Below are positions 39,803 to 49,067 of a DNA stretch of 64,000 nucleotides, piece after piece. The position numbers and the translations under genes were made by a program. The stretch's first letter is position 1. Each line of letters starts with the position of its first letter. The notes below the pieces were generated by a model. The model did no database searches and had not been told where the DNA came from. It saw only the letters and a list, made by a program, of their open reading frames with translations. The stretch covers positions 248,001 through 312,000 of IMG/VR virus record IMGVR_UViG_3300032334_001259; one strand, written 5' to 3'.

Positions 39803-40497
39803 ATTATTTTACTTATATCATCCTTTTTCCATACTGTCAACTTATTTTTAAACTGTTGCCATTTACAACGGTCTAAATCTGTTTCATAACCCTTAACTTC
39901 TAAATACCCACCCAATTCTTCAACATAAAAGTCTGGAGTATAGTGACTTATTTTACCAGATAAATTTACATAAGCAAATCTTTCAGTGTTTCTTTTCCAA
40001 TTCCAATTTTGGGAATCCATATATTGTGCAGCTTTAAGTTCCCAAGTTCCATCTAACAAAACTTCACCAGCAATAGGACTAATGTATTTTATTTTTTTGC
40101 ATCTACCCGCTTTTGGCATCCATCCAGTTTCATATCTTGATAAAATAATTTCTCTATGCCTGTCTCTAAATTTTTGTTTTTTTTCTTCGCTAAAAGTATG
40201 CCAATTTGTTTTTCCTAAATTTGCATTACGTAATTTTTCTTTTTGAATTATAGCACCTTGCGGTCCAAATATTTCATCGTATGTTTTTCCTTTAAGACTT
40301 GTTCCATTCGATGAACCTTTAGGATGTCCATTTTTCCAATAATTATTGCCTAAATCTTTTCTTAAATTTTTTATTTTTGAACGATTTATTTCTTTCATTC
40401 CATTACAGGAACTTGTAGATTTACAACAACAATTTTTTCCATTTTTTAATTTGTATTTTGCTTCTGTTCCGCAACCATAATCACATAAATCTGTCAT
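39766..40497 (-). CDS. free-standing putative homing endonuclease (PD-(D/E)xK with NUMOD-like N-terminus)
   Basis: CDYGCG/CCC N-terminus, KGKTYDEIFG, YTPDFY...YLEVKG; lies between two tRNAs. Confidence 0.75.
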   Translation of the reverse strand: MTDLCDYGCGTEAKYKLKNGKNCCCKSTSSCNGMKEINRSKIKNLRKDLGNNYWKNGHPKGSSNGTSLKGKTYDEIFGPQGAIIQKEKLRNANLGKTNWHTFSEEKKQKFRDRHREIILSRYETGWMPKAGRCKKIKYISPIAGEVLLDGTWELKAAQYMDSQNWNWKRNTERFAYVNLSGKISHYTPDFYVEELGGYLEVKGYETDLDRCKWQQFKNKLTVWKKDDISKIMERGQAGNAAHC

Positions 40498-40545
40498 ATA
40501 ATTATTTATACAAAATAATTAAAAAGGTGCTTTTAACCTCTAAAT

Positions 40546-40619
40546 TGGTAGGCGATGACAGAATCGAACTGCCGTAGCCGCCGTGTAAAAGCGGAGTTTT
40601 ACCATTAAACTAATCGCCC
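40546..40619 (-). tRNA. tRNA-Val(UAC)
   Basis: anticodon arm CCGCT-TTTACAC-GGCGG; TTCGATT T-loop; CCA; TTGACA promoter upstream. Confidence 0.93.
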
Positions 40620-40640
40620 CAATAGTTTATATATATCATA

Positions 40641-41228
40641 TTATCCAATTTTGTCAACTATTATTTTAAATAATTTTTCTGCCATTATTTCATGTGCAAT
40701 TTCATCAGGATGACCATCAGGCAGTTTATGTGGATATGTTATGCTACACATGTTTTCACTATTAAACCAAATATAATTGTTGTCAATATTTTGACAGTAA
40801 TGGTTAATAGGCATTACATCAAAGAATACATAAGGAACTTTATTGTGATTAAGATATGCAGAAAAAAGTTTTACTTGATTTATGAACTTTTCATAATAAT
40901 ATAATTCATCATAATAATCATGCCAGAATATATTTTCAAACTCTGTTAAACCACGGCGATTTGGAATGGTTGTAAATTTTTTACCAGTTTTATTATCTTT
41001 AAATTCTACACGACTTGGCTGTGTAAATCCGCAGACAACAAAGCTATTATGTAAATCTTTTTCAATTATACTTTGTATAATATGTTCATTACCCATGCCC
41101 TCTCGTGCAAGATTAATGACACTTAAGTTTAATTTTTCAGCCAGCAAATACGGCCAAGAATTAATTGCGTTCTTTAATCCATATCCACTGGTAAAACTAC
41201 AACCACTACATATTAATTTTGAAAACAT
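40641..41228 (-). CDS. SGNH/GDSL-like hydrolase or acyltransferase
   Basis: GCSFT, NLAREGMGN and DGHP...H motifs. Confidence 0.75.
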   Translation of the reverse strand: MFSKLICSGCSFTSGYGLKNAINSWPYLLAEKLNLSVINLAREGMGNEHIIQSIIEKDLHNSFVVCGFTQPSRVEFKDNKTGKKFTTIPNRRGLTEFENIFWHDYYDELYYYEKFINQVKLFSAYLNHNKVPYVFFDVMPINHYCQNIDNNYIWFNSENMCSITYPHKLPDGHPDEIAHEIMAEKLFKIIVDKIG

Positions 41229-42022
41229 TCAACAATCTTTGGTAATATAAGTTGTAACCAATCAATATGTGCATTGTGACCAGGATGATTACCACATTTT
41301 GGATAATCTTTTGCCCATTCGTTAAATGCTGCATCACGATACCAATGAGTCCAGTCTAGATCATATAATCCACTATTGATAATATCATTTGGCTGTGGTT
41401 TAAAAAGTTCGTCACTAGCACTGCAAAAGAAATACGGTATGTTTCTTTGTTTACAAAACATTTCTAGAAACATCATTTCTTTTAATGAATTATAATTATG
41501 ATAGCTGTAATCACCAGTTACTTTATAAAAACTGTCACTTGCATGTACAATTCCAATTTCATTTAATTTATTATGTTGTTCAAGAAAAAATTTTCTTTGT
41601 TTTTCATCTAATCCGTTTGGGAAAAATTCCATCTTTTCATCAAAAGATAAACCATGCCATGCGTTAAAATTTATCCAATAATCGTCAATATCAAAACGTG
41701 CTGCAACAATTGGATTTTTAACTATAGTATTGTATGGGTGCATGTTGCGAATTCGTATTTCACTGCGATGAGTGTATGTCCACATAACCGCAACACATAA
41801 TTCTTTATCTTTATTATCATTAATTGCTTTTATAATACGGCGGCTAATAGTATTATTTGCACCACCTGGTTTAGCAACACAAATATATTCCATATTATAC
41901 TGCCTTGCTAAAAGAGCACTCCAAGTTTGTTGACTTGGAGTGTGTTCTGTGCTACTAAATTTATCATCACCTAGTTCACTTCCCCAAGTGAAACTATCAC
42001 CGCCTGCAATAAGGGTTGGCAT
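41213..42022 (-). CDS. SGNH/GDSL-like hydrolase or acyltransferase
   Basis: GDSFTWG, PGGANN, WT...R and HPG..AH motifs. Confidence 0.75.
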   Translation of the reverse strand: MPTLIAGGDSFTWGSELGDDKFSSTEHTPSQQTWSALLARQYNMEYICVAKPGGANNTISRRIIKAINDNKDKELCVAVMWTYTHRSEIRIRNMHPYNTIVKNPIVAARFDIDDYWINFNAWHGLSFDEKMEFFPNGLDEKQRKFFLEQHNKLNEIGIVHASDSFYKVTGDYSYHNYNSLKEMMFLEMFCKQRNIPYFFCSASDELFKPQPNDIINSGLYDLDWTHWYRDAAFNEWAKDYPKCGNHPGHNAHIDWLQLILPKIVECFQN

Positions 42023-42636
42023 TAGTCACCTAATACTGAACGTGCTTTTTCCCAAAGATGTGTACGTTCTTCAAGACCAATGGTTCCACCATTAATAATC
42101 TTTGTGCACTTTACAATGTCACCAGTATCAGCTACTTCATTGCAACCATTTTGTTGAAAGAACCAACCAGCACTACGTGCTGCACCTTCTGGTGTAGCAA
42201 GATAATCACTGTTTTCTACAAGGTCCATGCCTAATGCTTCACCACATGCAGTGTAGTTATTCTTACCAGTTAACTGAATTAAACCACGACCACGAAAACG
42301 GAAACCATCGCCGCTGTGTTCATCACCATTACCCATACGTGAAGCATAAACACGATTAGCAATCTTTTCTGGTTGCTTTGCAAAATCATTTGGATCTACA
42401 TCACGGAAATATTTTGGAAATATCTTTGTAAGTGTTTCTGCTTTGTAGTTTAAATTTTCACTTACAGCACTGAACATACCACTTTCATGTGCACACTGTG
42501 CAAGAAACATAGCACAACGAGCGGGTGTATTAATTTCAAATTCATGCATTGCTTCATTAAGTGCATCACAATATTTCTCTAAATTCTCACCTTTTGCTTG
42601 TGGAAAAATTTCTTGTAGTTGTTCAAAAGTTGCCAT
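42022..42636 (-). CDS. glycoside hydrolase family 19 endolysin
   Basis: FLAQCAHES, ENLNY, RGRGLIQLTGKNNY and TK.INGG..GL.ER motifs. Confidence 0.92.
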   Translation of the reverse strand: MATFEQLQEIFPQAKGENLEKYCDALNEAMHEFEINTPARCAMFLAQCAHESGMFSAVSENLNYKAETLTKIFPKYFRDVDPNDFAKQPEKIANRVYASRMGNGDEHSGDGFRFRGRGLIQLTGKNNYTACGEALGMDLVENSDYLATPEGAARSAGWFFQQNGCNEVADTGDIVKCTKIINGGTIGLEERTHLWEKARSVLGD

Positions 42637-42700
42637 TTTATATTTCCTTTTTGATTGTTATCAGTATTTACCATTCACCAACCTTCATATAAATATCATT

Positions 42701-43582
42701 ATGTGTGTTATAGTTGCAAAATATTTTGATAATGTAGGTTGGGTTGGTGTAAAAAATCGTGATCGCAACTATGTTCCTGATTTAAGTTTTCGTAAAAAGA
42801 AAAATAAAAATACAGAAGTATTATATTTTTGGGATGATATTACACAATACTGTGAAGGCATGAATGACAGCGGAGTTTGTGTGTTATCTGCAAGCCTTAT
42901 GGTGCTAGATGATGAAAAAGAAATCACTGTTCGCACCAAGACACCAAGCAAAGATGGCGTAAAGATTCAAAAGGCATTGCGACTAACTGATATTAAAGCA
43001 GTAGCAATGAGTTTAATTAAACAAAAGCTACCAGGATGCACAATTATATTTGATCGTGAAACTTGTTATCTACTTGAAGGTGCATGGGCACCTGGTGGAT
43101 ATGAAGATAAAGATTACAAATATAAGATAGAAGAAATACCACATGACGAAACTGTTGCAAGAACTAATCACGGCGTATGGTTAAAGTGGGCAGGATATCA
43201 ATATAGCAGTGATGACAGTGAAACTGCCAGTGCTATAAGCAGTCGCAGTCGTTTAATCATTGCAGAACATATTGCAAAAAATGCTGAAACACCTGCACAA
43301 CTTATTGATTGGTTAACTAAAAAATATGTTGATAACTGGCAATTAAATGCACTACGTCTTACAGATGAAAAGAAAATGATGCGAACAACAGCACAACTTA
43401 TGTTAGTTCCAAAAGAAAATACAATGTTTGTTCGTCCAATTCAAAGTAATATTACTTTTAATTTTTGGAAACTTAATGGTAGTGATAGTAAACTTTGGGT
43501 AGAATTATTAAGTAATCGTGTGCTACGCAGTGGTGAAGATGATCCAAGTATTCCTACTAATTTAGGTCATATCACAGACTAA
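42701..43582 (+). CDS. Ntn-hydrolase-fold protein (N-terminal Cys nucleophile)
   Basis: MC...KNRDR, EGMN..G, RTNHG and S.SR motifs; TAAATA ends 5 nt before the ATG. Confidence 0.65.
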   Translation: MCVIVAKYFDNVGWVGVKNRDRNYVPDLSFRKKKNKNTEVLYFWDDITQYCEGMNDSGVCVLSASLMVLDDEKEITVRTKTPSKDGVKIQKALRLTDIKAVAMSLIKQKLPGCTIIFDRETCYLLEGAWAPGGYEDKDYKYKIEEIPHDETVARTNHGVWLKWAGYQYSSDDSETASAISSRSRLIIAEHIAKNAETPAQLIDWLTKKYVDNWQLNALRLTDEKKMMRTTAQLMLVPKENTMFVRPIQSNITFNFWKLNGSDSKLWVELLSNRVLRSGEDDPSIPTNLGHITD

Positions 43583-43827
43583 ACTGGATGCCACATCATA
43601 CCCCAATCACTATCTACCCAACGTAGGGTAAAGTGAGTTGCATCTTCTGCTTTATCAAATTCAAAAACGACTTGAAATTTTCCTACAAGCGTTCCATCTT
43701 CAAAATATGAAAGTTCTGGATACTTAAAAACATAATTATTTTCAAGACAAAATCGTATCATTTCATCAATCCAATAATCTTTAGCTAAAACATGTTGATG
43801 TGGAATGTGAACTTTTACTTCTGTCAT
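43579..43827 (-). CDS. small protein, same paralogous family as 31.5-32.1 kb
   Basis: FEFDKAEDATHFTLRW. Confidence 0.65.
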   Translation of the reverse strand: MTEVKVHIPHQHVLAKDYWIDEMIRFCLENNYVFKYPELSYFEDGTLVGKFQVVFEFDKAEDATHFTLRWVDSDWGMMWHPV

Positions 43828-43843
43828 TTTAAAACTTTTTAAT

Positions 43844-43920
43844 TGGTGCCCACGGTCGGATTTGAACCGACACTGTGGCGATTTTAAGTCGCCTTTCTCT
43901 ACCTGTTGGAATACGTGGGC
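43844..43920 (-). tRNA. tRNA-Leu(UAA) with short variable loop
   Basis: GGCGA-CTTAAAA-TCGCC; 5-nt variable loop; GTCGG-TTCAAAT-CCGAC; A73; CCA. Confidence 0.92.
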
Positions 43921-43926
43921 ATTAAC

Positions 43927-44343
43927 TTAATCTACCACATCCATAGTGGCTTTACCTAATTCTTTATAACCTTTTGCAGTAGGATGGATTTTATCTTTAC
44001 TCAACCAATCTTTATGTAGTTTAATTGTGCCATCATTAAAATCTCTGGCAAGTGCTTCAATATATTCTATGGTTTCAGCACGAGTATCATTAGGTAGTAT
44101 CCAAATAACATATTGTGCGTCGATACGTTGACGGATCAACCAAAGATTTTCATGTGTGTGCATATCTTTAGAATCATTGGTGCTTAAACTTATAATAACA
44201 ATATTACTTGTCGGAAGTTTTGTGCTGTATGTCCCAAGAAAATCTTGTGAATTGATACCAACTTTAGCAATAGTCATGCAGTCACGACGAACATCACCAA
44301 GACCCTTTGCAATACTGTCACCTATAATCAAACAATCTATCAT
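43927..44343 (-). CDS. SGNH/GDSL hydrolase
   Basis: IIGDSIA, STND and D.IHPT.KGY motifs. Confidence 0.8.
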   Translation of the reverse strand: MIDCLIIGDSIAKGLGDVRRDCMTIAKVGINSQDFLGTYSTKLPTSNIVIISLSTNDSKDMHTHENLWLIRQRIDAQYVIWILPNDTRAETIEYIEALARDFNDGTIKLHKDWLSKDKIHPTAKGYKELGKATMDVVD

Positions 44344-44360
44344 AATACTTCCTTAATTTA

Positions 44361-44436
44361 TGGTAGGCGTGGCCCGACTCGAACGGACACTAGTGCTCTT
44401 ATGAGGAGCAGGTACTAACCATTATACGACACGCCC
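44361..44436 (-). tRNA. tRNA with CAU anticodon (Ile2 or elongator Met)
   Basis: TGCTC-CTCATAA-GAGCA; paired 1-72 and no GGG/CCC, so not an initiator; CCA. Confidence 0.9.
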
Positions 44437-44904
44437 ATGTTTTTTTAACCAAGATTCCCTTAATGCCTTTTTATGTTCTTCACTTTTTGGTTTACCCTTC
44501 AATGCAATTCCACCTTTACGACCATTTTCCTTAAGTTGTTCTGTTGTGAATTTTTTGACATTTTGCCTTCCATTTTCTGCCAATAATTCTTTAGACCAAT
44601 TTGCTGCATCGTAACCTTTTTTTGCATTTTCTTTTGTAAAACCACCAACACCACCAAGTTTCATATTATAGTTGTTTCTATTATAAAAGTCAAGTGTTAA
44701 TTCTTTTTCTTTATTGAACGCTTCATTTTTATTTTCAGTAGTGAAAAGAATTTCTTTTTTAAAATTTTCCTTACCATAATTTTTAATTGCATTTTTAATA
44801 GCAATGCCACTTCCCATATATGAATCATTTACATTTTCAGTTTTATGAACCCCAATATAATATTTTTCATTAATAGTATTAGTTATTTTATATACAATAT
44901 ACAT
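44422..44904 (-). CDS. GIY-YIG homing endonuclease (Seg-like) with NUMOD3
   Basis: IVYKITN...YYIGVH...YMGSG, YNMKLGG and KSEEHK motifs; start revised, GGAG SD. Confidence 0.88.
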   Translation of the reverse strand: MYIVYKITNTINEKYYIGVHKTENVNDSYMGSGIAIKNAIKNYGKENFKKEILFTTENKNEAFNKEKELTLDFYNRNNYNMKLGGVGGFTKENAKKGYDAANWSKELLAENGRQNVKKFTTEQLKENGRKGGIALKGKPKSEEHKKALRESWLKKHGRVV

Positions 44905-44962
44905 ATGAAACTCTCCATATGTATTTATATAGCGGCTGGCTTTACTGTCCATTAACTATATA

Positions 44963-45421
44963 TTAACTTTTTTTGACCGTTTTGTCAACTATATTTTTAT
45001 TTTCTATGAACATTCTATATAATCCAAGTTCACGACCAAATGCTTCAATTTCCCAAGGCATGTCCCAATAATTCATATTTGCTTCTTTATAAACTTGCCC
45101 CTTATACCGACTTACTTTTTTTCTTTCGTTATATGACAATTCACGCTTAACATATTGCTTAACATGAACCATTTCATGTGCAAGAGCAATCAAAATTTTA
45201 CGTTTGCTAAATGAGGAGTCAACAGTAATAGTATATTTTCCACCACCCTCGTTGACACAATATGCTTCGTCACCATGTTTTTTCTGTAGATTGCGTTCAA
45301 AGTCAAGCCATAGGTCAACTTTATTTTTTGTTATATTAAGATAATCGGCGTAGAACGCCACTGCCCTCTTAATAATATCACGGTTAACATTTTTACATTT
45401 ACCAGTAATAGTAAGTTGCAT
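44963..45421 (-). CDS. HExxH metallopeptidase-like protein
   Basis: LAHEMVHVKQY and Y..MPWEIEA motifs. Confidence 0.75.
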   Translation of the reverse strand: MQLTITGKCKNVNRDIIKRAVAFYADYLNITKNKVDLWLDFERNLQKKHGDEAYCVNEGGGKYTITVDSSFSKRKILIALAHEMVHVKQYVKRELSYNERKKVSRYKGQVYKEANMNYWDMPWEIEAFGRELGLYRMFIENKNIVDKTVKKS

Positions 45422-45470
45422 AGTGAACTCCCCAGACACTAACAAAATATAAACATAAATTTGGGCTTTG

Positions 45471-45932
45471 TCAAGCCCAAATTATCTCATCCCAACCTTC
45501 TTTCAAATCAGGAACTTCCAAGTTGTCAATCATAGACTTCATAACATCCTTTGGAATGCTCTTGCCTACACGACTATCAAGACGGCGTTGCAATTCCTCT
45601 GGTTCAGGAGTTGCAAAGAATACACAAATCTTACGCCATTCTTTTGGAATACGACCAAGTTTAACCTTACGACCTTTGGCAGTCGTGTTGGTTTGATCCC
45701 ATATAAGGGTCTTGTCCAAGTTGATAGCACTTTGCACTTGACCATCCACAAACTTTTGTGCATAGCCAATAGCACGGCTGAAAATCTCGTTATAGGTCTT
45801 GTTGCTTTGTGCTGCAACACGGTCAATATAATCATCGCTTGATGCAATAATTACATCATCAAAGTCTTGGTTCTTTATCCATGTTGACTTACCAGAACCT
45901 GGTACACCAACTAACATATAAAGCGTGGTCAT
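45471..45932 (-). CDS. P-loop kinase (polynucleotide kinase-like domain)
   Basis: GVPGSGKSTW, SSD, DQTN....R and R...R lid. Confidence 0.8.
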   Translation of the reverse strand: MTTLYMLVGVPGSGKSTWIKNQDFDDVIIASSDDYIDRVAAQSNKTYNEIFSRAIGYAQKFVDGQVQSAINLDKTLIWDQTNTTAKGRKVKLGRIPKEWRKICVFFATPEPEELQRRLDSRVGKSIPKDVMKSMIDNLEVPDLKEGWDEIIWA

Positions 45933-46171
45933 TTTAACACCTTGATTTCACCAATAAATTCTACTTCACTTTCAGTTTCAATCCAAACCTTTGCACCACA
46001 ACTTAATGGTTTATCTGGACTGTAAACAACCTTGCTTGGTCCATGAATAGCAACCTCGTGAGCGTAAGTATTCTTACGACCTTGTTTGACCGTAAGAGTA
46101 GGCTCACGCTCACCAGTTTTACTATTGCGTTTAATCACATGTTGATTTACATGTATAATAGATTTAGTCAT
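45929..46171 (-). CDS. conserved phage hypothetical protein
   Basis: IHVNQH.I...PLSCGAKVWIET. Confidence 0.75.
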   Translation of the reverse strand: MTKSIIHVNQHVIKRNSKTGEREPTLTVKQGRKNTYAHEVAIHGPSKVVYSPDKPLSCGAKVWIETESEVEFIGEIKVLK

Positions 46172-46323
46172 ATTGTATTCCACTTATCTATAATTGCTGT
46201 TACAATCAAATAGATAAAAGAAGTAATTCCAAGAATAAAGAACGCTTCAACCGTATTATATTTTAATGCAGTAAGAATACCATCTGCAATAAAAACTGCC
46301 AACACACTTGTCCAAAAGTTCAT
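46168..46323 (-). CDS. small two-TM membrane protein
   Basis: hydrophobic 51-aa ORF. Confidence 0.55.
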   Translation of the reverse strand: MNFWTSVLAVFIADGILTALKYNTVEAFFILGITSFIYLIVTAIIDKWNTI

Positions 46324-46802
46324 ATGAAATTTCCTTCTGCTACTTGTAACACACGAACACCACACGCACGGATTGCATCAACAACCTGCTGACGATCATC
46401 AAACCATAGATAAGGCTCGCCATAATCCTTGCGGATTTGTTCAAGCAATTCTACCTTGACGATGCTATCCTTGCGATAGTCTTTCTCTGCTCGCATATAC
46501 AGTTTGTCCCAATAGAAATCGTTATCACGCAACCACTTTTCAGTAACTTCACGATTTTCTTCACCACGTCCACTACAAAATAAACGAATAATTTTATCTT
46601 CATACTTAGGGTGGTTCACATTCAAAAATGTCAGTGCATCCCAGATAAACTTAATATCAGCATGGACTGTATCGTTAGCCATGCCAGCGTTCCAAGCTGC
46701 CCAATTTTTAGGCTTACTTGCAACATACTGACGACGATGGTCAACGTTAGCCATAGTGCCATCAATGTCAAAAACGATAACTTTGTTCATAATTGCCTCC
46801 AT
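46320..46802 (-). CDS. HAD phosphatase (T4 PNK 3'-phosphatase-like domain)
   Basis: FDIDGT, SGR, MR...DYRKD..VK, FDDR..VV and QVA.GNF motifs. Confidence 0.88.
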   Translation of the reverse strand: MEAIMNKVIVFDIDGTMANVDHRRQYVASKPKNWAAWNAGMANDTVHADIKFIWDALTFLNVNHPKYEDKIIRLFCSGRGEENREVTEKWLRDNDFYWDKLYMRAEKDYRKDSIVKVELLEQIRKDYGEPYLWFDDRQQVVDAIRACGVRVLQVAEGNFI

Positions 46803-46900
46803 CTAACCCAATATAACACAAAAATAGTGATTGTCAAGGGTTATTTTTCACTTGACAAAGCCTAAAAATGTGTTATTTTACAGGTATATAGGAGAACCAT

Positions 46901-47116
46901 ATGAATCAACGTGCTGGTAAAACCCATAAAGCTGCCCTTGTGGACAGTGATAAAATCCGTTATACTGACCTCGTAGAGTTTTGTAAACGTGCAAGGACTG
47001 ATCTTGAAAGCGAAGGTGACGGTGATGCCGCCCTACGTTTTGAAATCCTTGAAGACTGGCTACGTAATGAGTTTCGTGGTAATTTCAAGTATAATTCAAA
47101 AATGATTGGGTTATGA
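46901..47116 (+). CDS. hypothetical protein
   Basis: AGGAG SD; divergent TTGACA promoter. Confidence 0.7.
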   Translation: MNQRAGKTHKAALVDSDKIRYTDLVEFCKRARTDLESEGDGDAALRFEILEDWLRNEFRGNFKYNSKMIGL

Positions 47117-47790
47117 TGAAAAATATATTAGTTTGTGGTGATAGTTTTTGCGCAAATTATGATAAAAAATATTCTTGGACTAACATTTTAGCTGAATTGC
47201 TAAATGTTAATGTAAAATCAGTAGGAATACGTGGATGTAGCAATTATTTAATTTATAATCAATTTTTAAAATTTAATTCTGATGAATATGATTATGTGAT
47301 CGTAATAAAGACTGCAGAAAGCAGAATTCCAATAGTAAACAAACATCCTCATATGTGCGCCACTCTTGATTGGAAAAAAATAAATTTTGATAGAATCAAA
47401 TTTAAAAATTATGAAAAAGCCTTAGAATATTATTACTATTACTATTATGATTTAGATTTTGTAAAATGGACAAGCTATAATGCGTTTAGAAGTATTGAAA
47501 ATTTACAATTAAAAAATCAAAAAATTATTTGGATTAATGCCTTTGAAAGTTCGTATGTTCATGAAAAAAAAGCAAATAATATAATTGTAAATGGTTACTT
47601 ATCTTATGTAAGCACAATGTCTATTGATAATAAACATATCACAAATTATCATGGTGATCACGACATAAATGGAAGTGCAAATCATCTCTCACCAATAGAC
47701 AATCATAATTTGGCAATTTTTTTAAAAGAACTTATAAATGATAATAATGGGAATAATGATTTAAATAAACATAATTGGTCTTGGATGTAA
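47113..47790 (+). CDS. SGNH-like protein
   Basis: CGDSF, GCSN and NHLS...N motifs. Confidence 0.65.
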   Translation: MMKNILVCGDSFCANYDKKYSWTNILAELLNVNVKSVGIRGCSNYLIYNQFLKFNSDEYDYVIVIKTAESRIPIVNKHPHMCATLDWKKINFDRIKFKNYEKALEYYYYYYYDLDFVKWTSYNAFRSIENLQLKNQKIIWINAFESSYVHEKKANNIIVNGYLSYVSTMSIDNKHITNYHGDHDINGSANHLSPIDNHNLAIFLKELINDNNGNNDLNKHNWSWM

Positions 47791-47844
47791 AAATAAAAAA
47801 ATTAAAACTTTTATTTACAGTTACAATATTATATAATTACCTTT

Positions 47845-49059
47845 ATGAATAATTGCAAACCACTTCGTAAATGTCTTTGCTGTGATAGTAATGACCTCAA
47901 ACTTACATTAGATTTAGGTTCTCAACCTCTTGCCAATAGTTTCAAGGCAACAGCAATAGAACGTGAAGAAACATATCCACTTGCTGTAAATTACTGTCCA
48001 CATTGCCATCATCTGCAATTAACCCATGCAGTTGATGCTAATATAATTTTTAAAGATTATGTATATGTAAGTGGAACATCACTTACTATGCAAGAATATT
48101 TTAAGTGGTTTGCTGCATTTGTTATGGAATATTTTCAAGATGTTCCGCCAAAGCGTGTGCTTGAAATTGGCTGTAATGATGGCACACAGTTAAACTATTT
48201 TAAGAAATATGGATTAGAAACGTGGGGCATTGATCCTGCGGAAAACATTTATCCAATCAGCAGCAAAAATCATAACATTATTTGTGACTTTTTATCTCAA
48301 CATGCTTTGGATAAACTCAAGCGTCCAGTAGATATTATATACGCACAAAATGTTTTTGCGCATCAAGACAATCCACAACAATTCCTTGAACTTTGCAAAT
48401 CTGTGATGAACCCTAACACACTGTTGTTCATACAGAATAGTCAAAGTGATATGATTCAAAATAATGAATTTGATACAATCTATCATGAACATAGAAATTT
48501 CTTTAGCATTAGTAGCCTTAATACCCTTGCTAACCATGTTGGACTACACCTTATTGATGTAGTAAAGGGTACAATTCACGGTGGTAGTAATATCTTTGTG
48601 TTCAGCATAGATGATGAATGTCCTGCACGTGTCAAGGGTTATATGGATTGGGAACGTATCCAAGGATTATATAATTACAAAACCTATCAGAATTGGGCAG
48701 ATGGTGCTAAACGTACAGTTAATGATTTAAGCATTGTGTTAGATGCACAGCGCAAAGCACACAATCGTGTGATTGTAGGTTATGGTGCGCCAGCCAAAGG
48801 TAATACGCTATTGAACTTTGGTAATATATCACTTGATTTTATTATAGATGATAATCCATTAAAGCAACACAAATATACACCTGGTATGAGTATTCCTGTT
48901 GTTCCTATTGAACACTTACAGAAGTATGTTGGTGTAGACATTTGTTTTGTGCCGCTTGCATGGAACTTTTTTGATGAAATTGTAGATCGTCTTAAAAAGG
49001 TTCGTAATAATAGTGGTGATGTATTTGTAAGATACTTTCCAAGTATCCAGATACAATAA
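47845..49059 (+). CDS. NDP-sugar C-methyltransferase-like
   Basis: Zn-binding C..C/C..C, LGSQPLAN, EIGCNDG, NVFAH, FDTIYHEH, HGGS and YGAPAKG.TLL motifs. Confidence 0.9.
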   Translation: MNNCKPLRKCLCCDSNDLKLTLDLGSQPLANSFKATAIEREETYPLAVNYCPHCHHLQLTHAVDANIIFKDYVYVSGTSLTMQEYFKWFAAFVMEYFQDVPPKRVLEIGCNDGTQLNYFKKYGLETWGIDPAENIYPISSKNHNIICDFLSQHALDKLKRPVDIIYAQNVFAHQDNPQQFLELCKSVMNPNTLLFIQNSQSDMIQNNEFDTIYHEHRNFFSISSLNTLANHVGLHLIDVVKGTIHGGSNIFVFSIDDECPARVKGYMDWERIQGLYNYKTYQNWADGAKRTVNDLSIVLDAQRKAHNRVIVGYGAPAKGNTLLNFGNISLDFIIDDNPLKQHKYTPGMSIPVVPIEHLQKYVGVDICFVPLAWNFFDEIVDRLKKVRNNSGDVFVRYFPSIQIQ

Positions 49060-49067
49060 ATATCTAC

